Positions 49,201 through 62,838 of a stretch of 64,000 bases of DNA are shown here, in pieces. Both the position numbers and the translations under genes were made by a program. The notes under the pieces were generated by a model. The model saw nothing but the letters and a program-made list of their open reading frames with translations, did not search any database and had not been told where the DNA came from. Source of the stretch: Tricharina praecox (Eukaryota); contig NW_026250405.1 in assembly GCF_024521635.1 (NCBI RefSeq), positions 1,674,001-1,738,000 of the forward strand, given 5' to 3'. How positions within the stretch are numbered: the first letter of the stretch is position 1; each line of letters begins with the position of its first letter.

Positions 49201-52200
49201 ACGGTATGACGCATTCATATGAATCTGCATTACATTGGGTGCTAAATTCTATCACGGTACTGAAGCAACATGGAAATTGCACAATTCAAGTTGCACTCTG
49301 GTCCCGAGCAGCCCATATTTTTTACTACTGTAGGTGTGGTGGTCGATGGTGGCGCTACGAGAAACAGCATGTACAGAGCACTCCCAAAGTTGCTTTGGTG
49401 GCGAGTGACTGATTTCACCTCTCTTGGGCTAAGATGAATAGGTACGTACCGGTATGTGTCCGTTCGAATATCTACCACGAGTACGATAGCTGCGTCAACA
49501 TCCTAACTACATGCATCGCATCTTCTTCTCGACGAATTGTATCCATTCCTTCGATGATGCGGTAATCTTCAGCATATGGAGTCCGTGGTGCCGCGAGGCT
49601 TGCATCATTTGAACCGTGGGCTCGGGATCGTCCAATGTGCGCTCCCCGGGAACGATCGGACGAGATTGGATCGCCACCGTTGGAGCACTCTAGAGTATCT
49701 CATGTCCATCCCTTGCTTCTGATCTGCAACCGTTTTGCTAAGTAGTAGCTACAGTGCAGAGTATCTCAGCTACCGTACCGTATCCGTCGACCCCCCATCA
49801 CATCGCATATATCCGGCATGACGTTGCGAACGACGCACCTTTCCATTATCGTCGCTGGCTTAGATGCTGTAGACAGGCCAGCCAGCCAGGAATCTCCCCT
49901 AATAACTATCGGGGACGTCAGAGCGGTGACTACCGCACCCCGGAGGTGGAGGCGGATCGCATGCATGCACGGGTCTCCTGTAAACCGTGACCCACCGCCA
50001 TAGCCTCACAAGGGATCAGCCCTCCCTCCTTGCCCAATGGCTCTATCCCACTCACTCCGCAGCAGCATTTTCCCCACAAGGAGGCCGCTGACCGTTAACC
50101 ACTGGCCGCTGACCGTCGCATTCACATACTATGTTTGGATAGCCCGCACCCTCCCACCCCCGTCGATTCGGTTCCGTCCACATGTCGAGGGCTTGATTGT
50201 GTCGCCTAAACCGGGAAACGTCGATCATCCGCGCCCCGGGCAATGCCAATCCTTCGCCGCCGCTCTACGTAAAGGTGAGGCCTACGGCCCGGCTTATCTC
50301 CATACGAGAGATAACCTCATCTCGTCTGCGCTGGGTGTTCAGGGGGCAATGCGAAAGTTGGTAGACATAAAGGCGTTGGTATATCCGCATTCTCGACAAT
50401 CCCAACTCTGGCTCACTATCATATACACCCATATACTGACCGCTTTCCAGCTCTTTCTAGCATTACACCAGACGACTACATGTTTCCCGCCTCAAGATTC
50501 TTCGATGAATCGCCGCCAAATGCAGCCCGATAAGGAACGACGGTTATGGCTTCGTTCACGTTCGTACGGATACATACTGTACATGGACGAGCACTGTCCT
50601 GATGACGAGCGAAGCACAGCTACTCACTCGATCGAGACATCCATATCCGCCGCCTCGCCACTTGTTACCCCCACACCGTCAAGGCTTAAGCGCCGCCTCC
50701 GATATCTCCGAGTGGATGCGACTACAGCTTCAGCCTTAACGGTCCGCCGACTGACAAATTCCGATTCCTAAGTACACAAGTCCCCTCCAACCGAATCCGC
50801 TACCTGCATCGGCTCATTCCTATTCTTACTATAGGTACCGGGTCAGCTGTAGACGGTACGTACGCACCTCCATAGGTATCGTCGCCCCACGCACTACCTA
50901 CCTTCGAACCCGGGCTCCGCGCGACACGATATTCGCCTACCTACTACCTACCTACATGCGGCACTGCTTCCATCGTCCTTGTCCGATGCGTTCGCTTCAC
51001 GGCCGTGCACGCGATACGGCAGTTGTCTAGGGAGATACGCATTCCTAGCGCCATGACACAAGAGGAACACACAGACATTCACCACGCGGGGCGGAAGGGA
51101 AAGGGAAGGGAAGGGGAAGGAAGAAGGAAAGAGGGCCATCCCTTCCCTATCGTCGTCGACCGCCCCGCGTCCGGGGAGTCCGTTCGTTATTGACATTGCT
51201 AAGCCTTTTGCTAAGACTGCGTGGAGAGCGCGCCGCCGGTTGTGCGGGAGGCGTGGCCGGTACCTGGGTGAGCGGTTCCGTGGCGCGATAAAGCGTCGTC
51301 GTCGGGGGGTTGGATGGGGTTGGATTGGATGATGAGGGGGTGTCCGGCGAAGTTCGATGTTCGGCGATGCTGGAAAGGAGTTTTCTTGACAAAGAGAAAC
51401 ATGGAGACTGCATTAACTTCTGCCGCCAGAGCACCCAAGGTGTGTGGTGGGGTTAGGGATGTATCATACGCAACTCTAGTTCCGCGGGAAGGAATTAATC
51501 CGTACATGTACCTTATGTGCGTAGGTAAGAAAGTAGAGTTACCGGATCGATAACGTGTTTTTCCGTCGCGTGCCTCGCTCAGCTCGTGTGTGCGTGTGTG
51601 CGTGTGTGTGTCCGTGTTGGTCGGCGATATGACATCGGGGAGGGGATGAAGCTTCGGGGCGGGGGGCATGTAGGTACATCATACGGGGTTTGTCTGGGAA
51701 CTCCGCACGAGATGGGATCTCGGTGGTACACGGCACAAAAAAAAACCAGTATCACTCCGCAACGAGTGTGGAGTTCTCTCCCCGTGGACGATTCTATATG
51801 TCCTTCCACTCCATTTTCTTCATAGCACAGAGCCATCTGTCGATAGATAGATGCTCTACTCTATCATAGTAGAAATATGAACGGCGACCACAGGGAGAGA
51901 AAGAGGGTGAGACATCGCCATCGGCACCGTCGCATGGTACATGTGGTGTTGACGTCGTCGTCCGGCTCCACGAAACGCCCACGATCCTGGTTACGACCTG
52001 CAGCGGCGATTAGGTTCTCGAGCAGCTCGACGGAGATGGAGGTGGGGAAGTTGAAGGGAGGGCAGGGAGGGAGGAAACCGCTTAGCGTGGAGTAGGGTTC
52101 TCCTCGGGGGTAACTCTGCTTTACAAGGTTGTTATGATAGATCTGACTACGGCTGCTTCGGGATGGAGGGGTAACGATTCTCTCGTGAGACTCGAACGGG

Positions 52201-53051
52201 AAAGGGCCTCGACATGAGAGACAAGAGAGAGAGAGCTTAGAGAGACAGAGACAGAGAGATCGGCTGGTATGGATACTTCTGTTTCTTATCGGCGAGCGCT
52301 GAATGGTCGGCACCACTGAGCAAACAGCATTGGCTAACCCGGACGATTGAAATCGGGGGGGGGGGGGCGGCGCGTGGACTATTCCGCATCGAGGTTTATT
52401 TTACGTTTTTGAAGTCCAACGCCTCCCCCCCAGGCTCTCGCGGATGGCGAATTCTGCCTAGAGCCTAAGAAGAAGACGGAGAAGAATACAGCCCCACGGT
52501 TAGTTATCCACGACGGTTCGGCCGTCCGAGGTACATACATAGGTCGACTGGGCTGGGTTGTCGGGCTGTGCGGTCAAGGTCATGGTCATCATCAACACGC
52601 GTGGCGGGCGTGGGTGGAGCACCTACCGACCTACGGACCTACGGTGCTCTAGTAAAGCATGAGAGCGCATCCCGAAAACTTCCGCATCCTTTCGGGGGCG
52701 TTCGCGAAACGTTTTCTTGCCAGGAGGCGCTTGCCTGGCTACTGGGCACTGGGCTGGGCTGTGGTTCCAACGGTGGGACTTCCGTCGCCTCCCCCGCGGA
52801 CTCTCCCCGGAGGAGGCCTCCAGCGGCGTGCGTGTGTGGGTGCGTGTGCGATGGGATGATGGATGTGCGAATAATCAATCAATCCGAACAGAGGAGTCCC
52901 TCGCTACCGCCTAATGAATATTGCACTCTGGAGAAGGCGGTACCTGTGGATATACTCTATGCAAGTAACCATAGATATCGTAGTAACGGCGTTCTGACGT
53001 GCAGCGGCATTGCCCACGGTTGGACACAAAACACACATCGAACTGCGGGCG

Positions 53052-53107
53052 GATAGTGCTCTCATCGATATCGATATCGATAGTAGAGTAGTACCGGTAT
53101 CGATATC
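53052..53107 (+). promoter_or_regulatory. Cluster of GATA/TATC motifs upstream of gdhA (candidate AreA/NIT2 sites)
   Basis: GATAG...ATCGATATCGATATCGATAG...TATCGATATC about 600 bp upstream of the ATG. Confidence 0.4.
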
Positions 53108-53511
53108 AAAAAGCAAAGAAAGAAAAAAAAAAGGTTTGTGTGCCCTGGAGATATGCTATGCACTGCTGGCGCGGGTGCAAAGAAACCCCACCACTTCCCC
53201 TCCACGCGTACCCCGCCGGTTGCGCGCGATCACCAAACACACAGATACGTACATACGCCGGCCATCAGGGTCGGGAGATCATGGGCCCATCGTGGTTAGT
53301 GGGATGGTCATCCCGTAGGGTGTGGTGGTGCTGCTGTTGACGGCGGCGGGCTTCGGGTTTGCGTTGCTTGCTTGCTGGGGTTGCCGAAACTCACTACCAC
53401 CGTATCTTCCCTCCCTCCTCTCTCCGCTGGATCCAGGGCACGCTAGCTTGAGTAATCGTCTTTACCTCATGGTTCCCTTTCCGTGGAAGAGCTGAACGAC
53501 GGCTTCTTTAA

Positions 53512-55210
<1,699 letters not shown>

Positions 55211-56871
55211 ACGCTCCGCTGAGCTGAGCTGAGCCATGCTCCCTTTCCGACTGTATATATAACCTTTTCCTTTTCATAATCAGCTCTTTTGTCTCCGGGT
55301 TTCAATGATTTCTCTTTTTCCCCTTTTTTCTTTGTGTGTTTGTTTTGTGTGTTTTTCTTTTGGTCTTGCGTGCGGGGGTCTGGGAATAACTGTTGGTTCG
55401 GGTGTCGGGGTTTACTACTGGGTGTTTTCTTTTGTGCGATTGAGTAAAGAAGTCTGCACGATTACGATTACGATACGATTGGTCGATGATGCTGTTGATT
55501 GATTGATGATCGATGATCGACGAGACGAGATGGATGGGATGGAATGGGTTGGAACATAAAAAATGTACTCTACAATTTCTTTTTTCTTCGAAGAAGATGA
55601 AGAACAAATTATTTCATGATCTTTTTGAAAATACTGCCTACATATGATACTTACTCAATATCGTGAGTCATGACTCGTTATGAGAGTTGTTCTACATCTT
55701 GGAGTGACAGATCGCGGGGAGTGGGGGGAAGGAGGGAAGGGGGCGGATGACGCAGCGAAGCGGCAGTGCTGGTGGCAAAGTCCTCTAAGTACATAGATCA
55801 TCCAAATAGGGTAAGAGGGGAGTGCACCAGCCAAGCTTCTAGAACCAGAACCAGAACCCGGCCTTATACTTACGTACGGTATCTTGGTAGTTAGTCGCAC
55901 GGAGAATTTCAGGGTGGGTGGGCAGCAGTCACGGTTGCACACCCGAGCTCTGGCTCGACTCCGCGGACGGGGCGCCCGTTCCTTATCGCGCGCGTTCCGT
56001 GGCGCACTGGGGCTAGAAAAGTGGTTCCGAAGGTCAGGGGGAGGGAAGGGAGGGAGGCTGTGAAGGAAGAGAAGGGATGGCCGGATACACATGTGCGATG
56101 GGGACGATGGCATGGACAGGGCCTCCGGGAAGGGATGGGCTCGGTTTTCGAACTAGAGAAGAGAAGAGGACTCCAGCAAACTAACTAGCGGGGTCGCTGG
56201 GGTCAATCGCTCGGTCGGTCGGTCGGAGGTCGGGTGTTGGAACTGGTGGACTTGATGAATGGAACTGGTGGACTTGATGAATGGAATTGATGGCTGGTGG
56301 TGGTGGTGGCGATGAGGCAACGGTGATGACCGATTGTAACTTCTCTATGCACTCTACGTGATGAGACGAGACGGGGCGGAGTCGGTACCTAGTGGTGGGC
56401 GTGAAGTTTGGTGGCTGTGACGGCTGGGCCGCTGGGGTGGCTTGGACCGGAGCTGCGGAGCTGCGGAGATGGAGTCTTGGAGAGTGGTGATGCCGTGTGG
56501 TGATCTCGACCGAATCGTCGGTGCATAAGATCTCAAATCGTCGGCCGATCGACTACCGTGCCATCCTTCACTGATCGTGATGCGGACATAGGTTTCTTTG
56601 CGTGGTGCTGTCACCTGTAACTTATCCACTGCATGTGCGACTGTGCGTCGGTGCGACGGACGGGCGAACGTTGATCCGTTCCGGGTGCTGCTGCTTCACC
56701 GTACGCACCTCCTCTGCACCAGCACTTGAACTCTTGACCATCACCACTGTCTGTTGAGCCCTTCACAACCTCAATCCCCACCTAGAACTATTACCATCGT
56801 GCCACCGTTGTGCCACAAGTTTACTTACAACTACTCGTGAAAGGTATCAGTGTACCTGCATGTACACGCAA

Positions 56872-56958
56872 GCCTCGCTAGCTCAATGGCTAGAGCGTGA
56901 GACTTTTAGGACACACAAGTCCATCTCAAGGTTGCGGGTTCGACCCCCGCGTGAGGCT
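56872..56958 (+). tRNA. tRNA-Lys(UUU) with 14-nt intron (56909-56922)
   Basis: Acceptor stem GCCTCGC/GTGAGGC; D arm GCTC...GAGC; anticodon stem TGAGA/TCTCA with CT-TTT-A; T arm GCGGG-TTCGACC-CCCGC; followed by a T-run Pol III terminator. Confidence 0.95.
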
Positions 56959-58110
56959 TTTCTTTTACCATACCCGTTGTTTTATCCGCGAAAGTGAGGT
57001 GGTGTGGTGGACAAGGAGTCAAGACCCCGCTTGTCAGCATTCCCAAAAGTGGCGTGGGATGTGTATGCTACTTTTGCGGATGGCAGCTGTCGACACTTGA
57101 AAGGGCTGCGAGGATGGACATTTGATGCGCGGAGCAGTGGAAATACAACGTCAGAGCTCCCGAGGCGATGGCGTCGAGACGTGAAAAGGATGCTCGGTCT
57201 TCCCCTCCACGGTACTCGGCCCGAGGCAACGGTTGGGGCATGGTATCACTCGGAATTGCTGGATGACTGCGTGGTGGAGATATACGGTGGGAGAAAGTAT
57301 GCAAATATACGAGGTGAGGAATAATATGGAGTGCTTAGAGGAGCTGACGGGACTGGACCGATGGACTATGTAGAACACTGGTTCCGCAGTTCGCGGGCGC
57401 CGCTTCACACGGCATGACTCGACGGCGAGTGATATGACATGCCTCGACGGGAAAGTCTATGGGAGATCTGTCTCGGCTGTCTCGGCCGCCCTGCACCCAC
57501 TTCGGGGGTGCCGCCTATAAGCGGTAATTATTTACAGTACAACCGTCCTCAAACTAGGTCTCCGGAACTGTTCGAGGAAGCCCATCACCTTCTGTTTCTA
57601 CTACTGCTAGGTTCTCCGGGTTCGTCGCGTCTATAGTGACAAGGGGGAGCTTGTGTAGGCCGCAGTCCTACAGACTAGTGGATGGACGCGCCCAATGGTC
57701 GGCACATACGGTGGCATTTGGGCTTCGCTTGGAAGCTCACAACTGCCGGTATCCTGGTGACTAGATATCTTGTATCGCCAGCGCTGCGGTATCGGGAAAA
57801 CGAAAAAAACTGTGATGGCCACCAAGCTGACAGAGATCGAAGAAACGATTGACAGAAAGAGAACAGAATAGAGAAATGTGATCGGAACAGTATCGATGCA
57901 TGAAAACTAACGCAAACGGCACGAGACAGAACGAACATCATGGGTATGTAGTCGCGAGCGGAGCGGAGGTGATTGTGAGATCATAAAACATAGACACGGT
58001 GAGGGGTGGATCGAGAAGACGTTATGTACACCGCCGAATAGGGTAGTTAGTAGGGTAGTAGCCGGTGGTGGTTTTCGTACTTGCCAGCCAAACTTTGGAT
58101 TCCGGCACAC

Positions 58111-59371
58111 CTAGGGAGGGGAATCCGACAGCTTCAATCCTTTGACACCCATCCTAGTACTCTGCACGAAGTCATGGAGCGCGGGAACCCAATCGCATTG
58201 CTCATGCGAAACCAGGGGCAGTGGGGGGATTCTTCCGAGTTCCGCGAATATTGCATTCAGTTCCTGGTCCCAGCTCTCTTTCTCGTTGAGCCTGAGTCTG
58301 ACAATGGTCTTTATGAGGTTCCCCAGCCCGAGCGCTTCACAGTGCTCGCCGTTCGTCGCCCGCAAACACTTGTGCGATGATGGGGCACTCCACTCGGTTT
58401 GGATCGATTCGATGTGCGTGCGAAGGATGTTCGCCCTGTTGTTACGCTCCTGCTCTAACTGTGCTGTCTGGGGTGTCAGTGGGTGGCGACTCCGAAGAGG
58501 TGACGAGATCTCACCGATGGTGCTGGACGGGGTGCTGGCGGAGAGTCGCTGGTTGTGCTCGAAGTGCAATCCCTTTCTCGACCACAAGATCACCTCCTTC
58601 GTTGCAACCGTGAAGAGCCGTTCGTATCCAAAGACATATGAGATCAGCACACAATCCTCATATCCGTTCGTTGCTGTCACCACATGTTCCAGGTCCAGTA
58701 ACTCCTTGAGGTCATCCGCCAGTGCCTGGAATGGCTTGCGCAGTTCATATTTACAACAGATCTCGGTAATTTTCACGAACCGCTGGGAGCCGACATCCTC
58801 ATCCGGAAAGTCGTATCGATGGTGGAGTACTCTCAGTACCAGTCCGAGTGCGTCGGAGTCGTCCTCCAACCGGATGACGGCTGGACGGTGGTGTCCGAGG
58901 ATCGCCGCCCGCCGTGTATCGATGCCTTCCTTGAAAGACGAAGCGCGCCCCAGCATCGCACGAAAGACCGGCGATGTAATGCACAGTATCTGGGACCCGA
59001 CAAGATAGCCAACCCTTTTGCCAGCTTCGTTAATCGTTTCAAGCACCACGTCGCCCCTACCGAGCATGATTTCCTCGAAGAAGTCGAACTCGGCAGAGTA
59101 GTGGCAGGCGCCAGGGATGACCTTAGCTCGGTCTCGGAAGCGCCTATCACAGTCCGCACCTCGATAAATCTCCGCCTGATCTGCCGCTGACACCTTGCAT
59201 ACTACTTCCAACCGGTACTTCGGAGGAGGGCTCACGGAGCTGCCGTGACTGCTCGGAGTACTGTACGCCACCACGGCCCCTTCCGGAAGTTACCACCCTC
59301 TTGGTCCTCCTCCTCTTCTTTGGTTCCCCTGTCGTTCGCCATTCATTGCCGGAACTTGTGACGGAAGCCAT
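58111..59371 (-). pseudogene. BTB/POZ-like paralog 1, frameshifted between N-terminus and BTB region; intron 58514-58464
   Basis: BTB-like GDVVLET...YLVGSQILCITSPVFRAML...LEDDSDALGLVLRVLHHRYD...EICCKYEL. The ATG at 59371 gives an N-terminus homologous to paralogs 2/3 but lies in another frame. Confidence 0.7.
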
Positions 59372-60335
59372 AGTCCCATTTCGTCTCCGAGGATGCAGCT
59401 CCGATGTGCGAGCTCAACGGCAATGGTTGGTAATCGAGGTGGGGGCGGTGTTGAAGGTACTACTAGAGCTAGGGCGTTTTCGACTCTCGAGGACGGGCAT
59501 GCGATTGAGCTTCGGTGGGGTGGCTGGACGCAAGACAAGGTGTGACCGTGTGAACGGGGTAATGTCCATCGAGCGATGATTGGTTGATCCTAATGCAGAT
59601 AGAGGTCTCTCCTCTCCTCTGAGCTGTCCACGCCGATACATGGTGATATCCACCCGGAATACGGTACACTGACGGCGTCTATGTATTAGGACTAGGCGCG
59701 CGCACCGCAATCCTTCTCGATCGCTCATGCGAACCCATCCGCCCCAGCTTTTTGGTCTTCTTCTACCCATTCATTCACTTCCGATCCGTGCTACGAGCCG
59801 TAAGTGCATCAAACTCATCACTTGAGGGTGTTCAACACACGAGCGACAGTGTTCACTGACAGCCGATCTGGATGCAAGGATGCTGGTGTGGCGCGTGTTG
59901 CGTGGCTGTGCAACTGTCCGGACAGGTGTGCTCGTCTCGAGGACATACCGTTGAGTAGCCACGGAGGAGACCTGGGCAATTGAAGCACGACTCCAAGTAT
60001 TTTCTGTTCACTTCTGATCAGGGTCCATCTGGCATTGAATGCATACGCACGGTATGTAGCAGTTAATCATGTGTGTAGGTCCAAGGTACGGTACCTATCC
60101 CACACCGCCTAGGAGGGCAGTAACACAAACCAATCATCCGACACACATTACCCCGCTCTACACCGCTCGTCTTCAGCCTAGTCACTCCGTTCGAAGCGTG
60201 TCTCGCACGCCCCCTCTTCCCGAGTCGACATCTTAGCTCTCCCCCTACCTACATCATCGACAACCACTCCGTTCTAACGAGCCCCTTGCCATCAAATCTG
60301 TACTTCCGAGCAGCATCTCCGAGTACTTCTGGAGA

Positions 60336-61900
60336 ATGGATTCAGTCGCAAATCCCGGAGATGAGTCGCAAGTCGCAAGGACGGCCAGGAAGAAGGTGAA
60401 GACGGCCCGGAAGAAAAAGACCAAGATAGAGATGACTTCCTCCGGGAGAGGTCGTGAGGAAATACAGGGTTTCGAAAGTATCGAACGTTCCGGCCCGTCC
60501 CGTGTGCCCCCGCCACCGCCCGCGCCCGAAGCACTGGTTGGAAGTACGCAGTGGGCGGTGATCGGAAACCGGTCCAAGTTGATGGCGGATTCGGCGAAGA
60601 TACCTGCCGAGCGGGACATCGCTCCCTTAGTATTGCCAGATTTTAGGGCTGTAAGTACACAATGGAGGCTCGCCGGGGAACGGACCCGAGTATTGACGAT
60701 AGATCAGGAGCGGATACCTACCGAGCGGGACGTCGATGACACATGGCTGGATAGCTGGGATGGCAGGATCCATCGATGCAGTAACTGCGATAGGCCCTTT
60801 CGAGATCAGGCCAGACTGGCAACGCACATTCGTGTCCACCGCGACGGCGCCCCTAAGATCGAGACGTACACGAGGCCGCAGACGGCCGCCAATACTAGCT
60901 GGGACCTCGAAAACCTCGAGGAAATCATGCTTGGTGGAGGCGACCTGATACTCGAAACAACGGACTATGATGGAGAGCCGGTTGGGTACCTCGTGGGGTC
61001 CCAGATCCTTTGCAATTCATCACCGGTGTTTCGTGCGATGCTGGGACGATATTCTACATCGAAGGAAGCCATCGATATGCGGCGGGCGGCTATCCTCGGA
61101 CGCCCACCTGCGGTGATTGAGTTGGAGGACGACCATAACGCACTTGGGCAGGTGTTGAAGGTGCTGCATCACCGATATGACTTGCCGGAGGAGGACATTG
61201 ATTTTGAGGAGCTTGCCACAATCGCCGGGATCTGTCTCAAATACGAACTGCGCAGGTCATTACAGGCACTGGCCGATCGCCTTGTTGACTCGCTGTGTCT
61301 TAAAGAGAGTCTAGGGCGCTGGCTATATTATGAAAACTGTTTGCTGATTGCTTACGTCTTTGAATACGAAAAGCTATTCGCCTCTTGTACTAAGCAAATA
61401 ATTCTTGGCGACTCGTGGCTAAATGACGCACCCGAAAGAGAGGAATTTATGCCCCTCTCTGATAGTATTCCTCTCCACGTCATTGGTGAGACCCTCAGGA
61501 CCTCCGACCACAACAGCAATAAACTGACGCCAAGTTAGAAAGGATGCACCACGAGCGAGCTCGCTTCGTGAAAATCCTCCGGACGCAAATAAAAACACTT
61601 CAAACGGAATGGGGTACCCCATTCTCAATAAAGTGCCTGCGGAATAAGAATCAGAGGAAATGCACGACACTCGGACTGGGGAACCTCCTGAAGACTGTCG
61701 TTGAATACAAGCTCAACGAGACGGAAACTTGGAACAAACCTCTATCGAAGATCACAGAGCAATTCAATGAAATTGTCCCTCTTTCCTTAGATTCACACAT
61801 GGAATGCGATTGGGCTCCACCACTCATTAAACTTGCAAATAGTACCTATCAAGGTGTTAAGGGATTGTCACTATCGGACGTTCGTCACTCGGGTGGCTAG
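60336..61900 (+). CDS. C2H2 zinc finger + BTB/POZ-like protein, ~503 aa (paralog 2); exons 60336-61485, 61539-61900
   Basis: CSNCDRPFRDQARLATHIRVH (C2H2); GDLILET...YLVGSQILCNSSPVFRAML...VLKVLHHRYD; intron GTGAGA...ACTGAC...TAG at the same position as in the paralogs. Confidence 0.85.
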
Positions 61901-62838
61901 AATTCAGCACCCCTAACTAGAGGTACAATGACCATCTGCAATGTCTTGTTAAGACTCGGATAATAGTAACGCTAATGTATAGATGCGTCCATGTTGAGGT
62001 TTAGGCAGAGGTCGCATCGCCCTTCAAGCCCGTTTCTATAAACGAGTCTACATTCCTAGATAATACGATCTCCCCCCCTTCCACTTGGTACATGCTGTCA
62101 ATAGTGGGACGCCCCAGCTTGCGTGACTTTGTCTGTCTCATTTTGTGCCGGTTTACGTCGGGGAAGGCGTGAGGTATTGAAGCTGTGCGGACTCTGTTTC
62201 TTCTCAAGTCCGCGTCCCTTCTTTATTGGTTGTCCATTTCTTTGGTCTCTTTCCGCTTCTAGAAGGCCGTTGTAGTGTGTACTTAGTTGTTTATTTCTCA
62301 TTATGTTTACTTGCAAGAACGAGTATGTATCTAGTAGTACTACGTTATCACTCCACATCGCGAAACAAGTCCGTATCCAGGATATTTGGTGATTTGTTTC
62401 AGAGCTTCTCGGCGAGTGTGCCACCAGCCTGCCCAAACACTCCATTGGCTATACACGCCTCGGCCCTCTCACCGGTCGGGGCGCAGCGATATTCACTGGT
62501 CGGGGGCGCAGCGATATTCACAGGCTGACGGACTGCAAGGATGGTGCTTCGAGGTATGTAGGTATCCACGTATGCAGTTACGTGACACAAGTATACTGTA
62601 CTCTATGCATGATAATAGTGACACGGACTAGTCATCACCCCGTAGTCTGCAGGTAATACCTGCCTATCTAGTAACAACTTCAATCTTCAGTCCAGCCGCC
62701 TCTTCCCACGTTCCATCGCACACGCCCGTCGCCCCGAGTCGACGTCCTACCTAGTACACCCAGACCCGCAGCCACTCCACCCGACGGACTTTTCAATCAA
62801 CACCGCATCCACTGAGCATCCCCAGTGATAACGAGACG

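Noticed and set aside
50037..50771. 244-aa ORF with an intron-like segment at 50357-50450
   Set aside because: Splicing gives an immediate stop and the unspliced ORF lacks coding bias.
55664..55676. TGAGTCATGACTC palindrome resembling Gcn4/CpcA sites
   Set aside because: Lies downstream of gdhA with no nearby gene start; chance occurrence is plausible.
57004..57324. 106-aa ORF downstream of the tRNA
   Set aside because: GTG start, no domain, no supporting splice structure.
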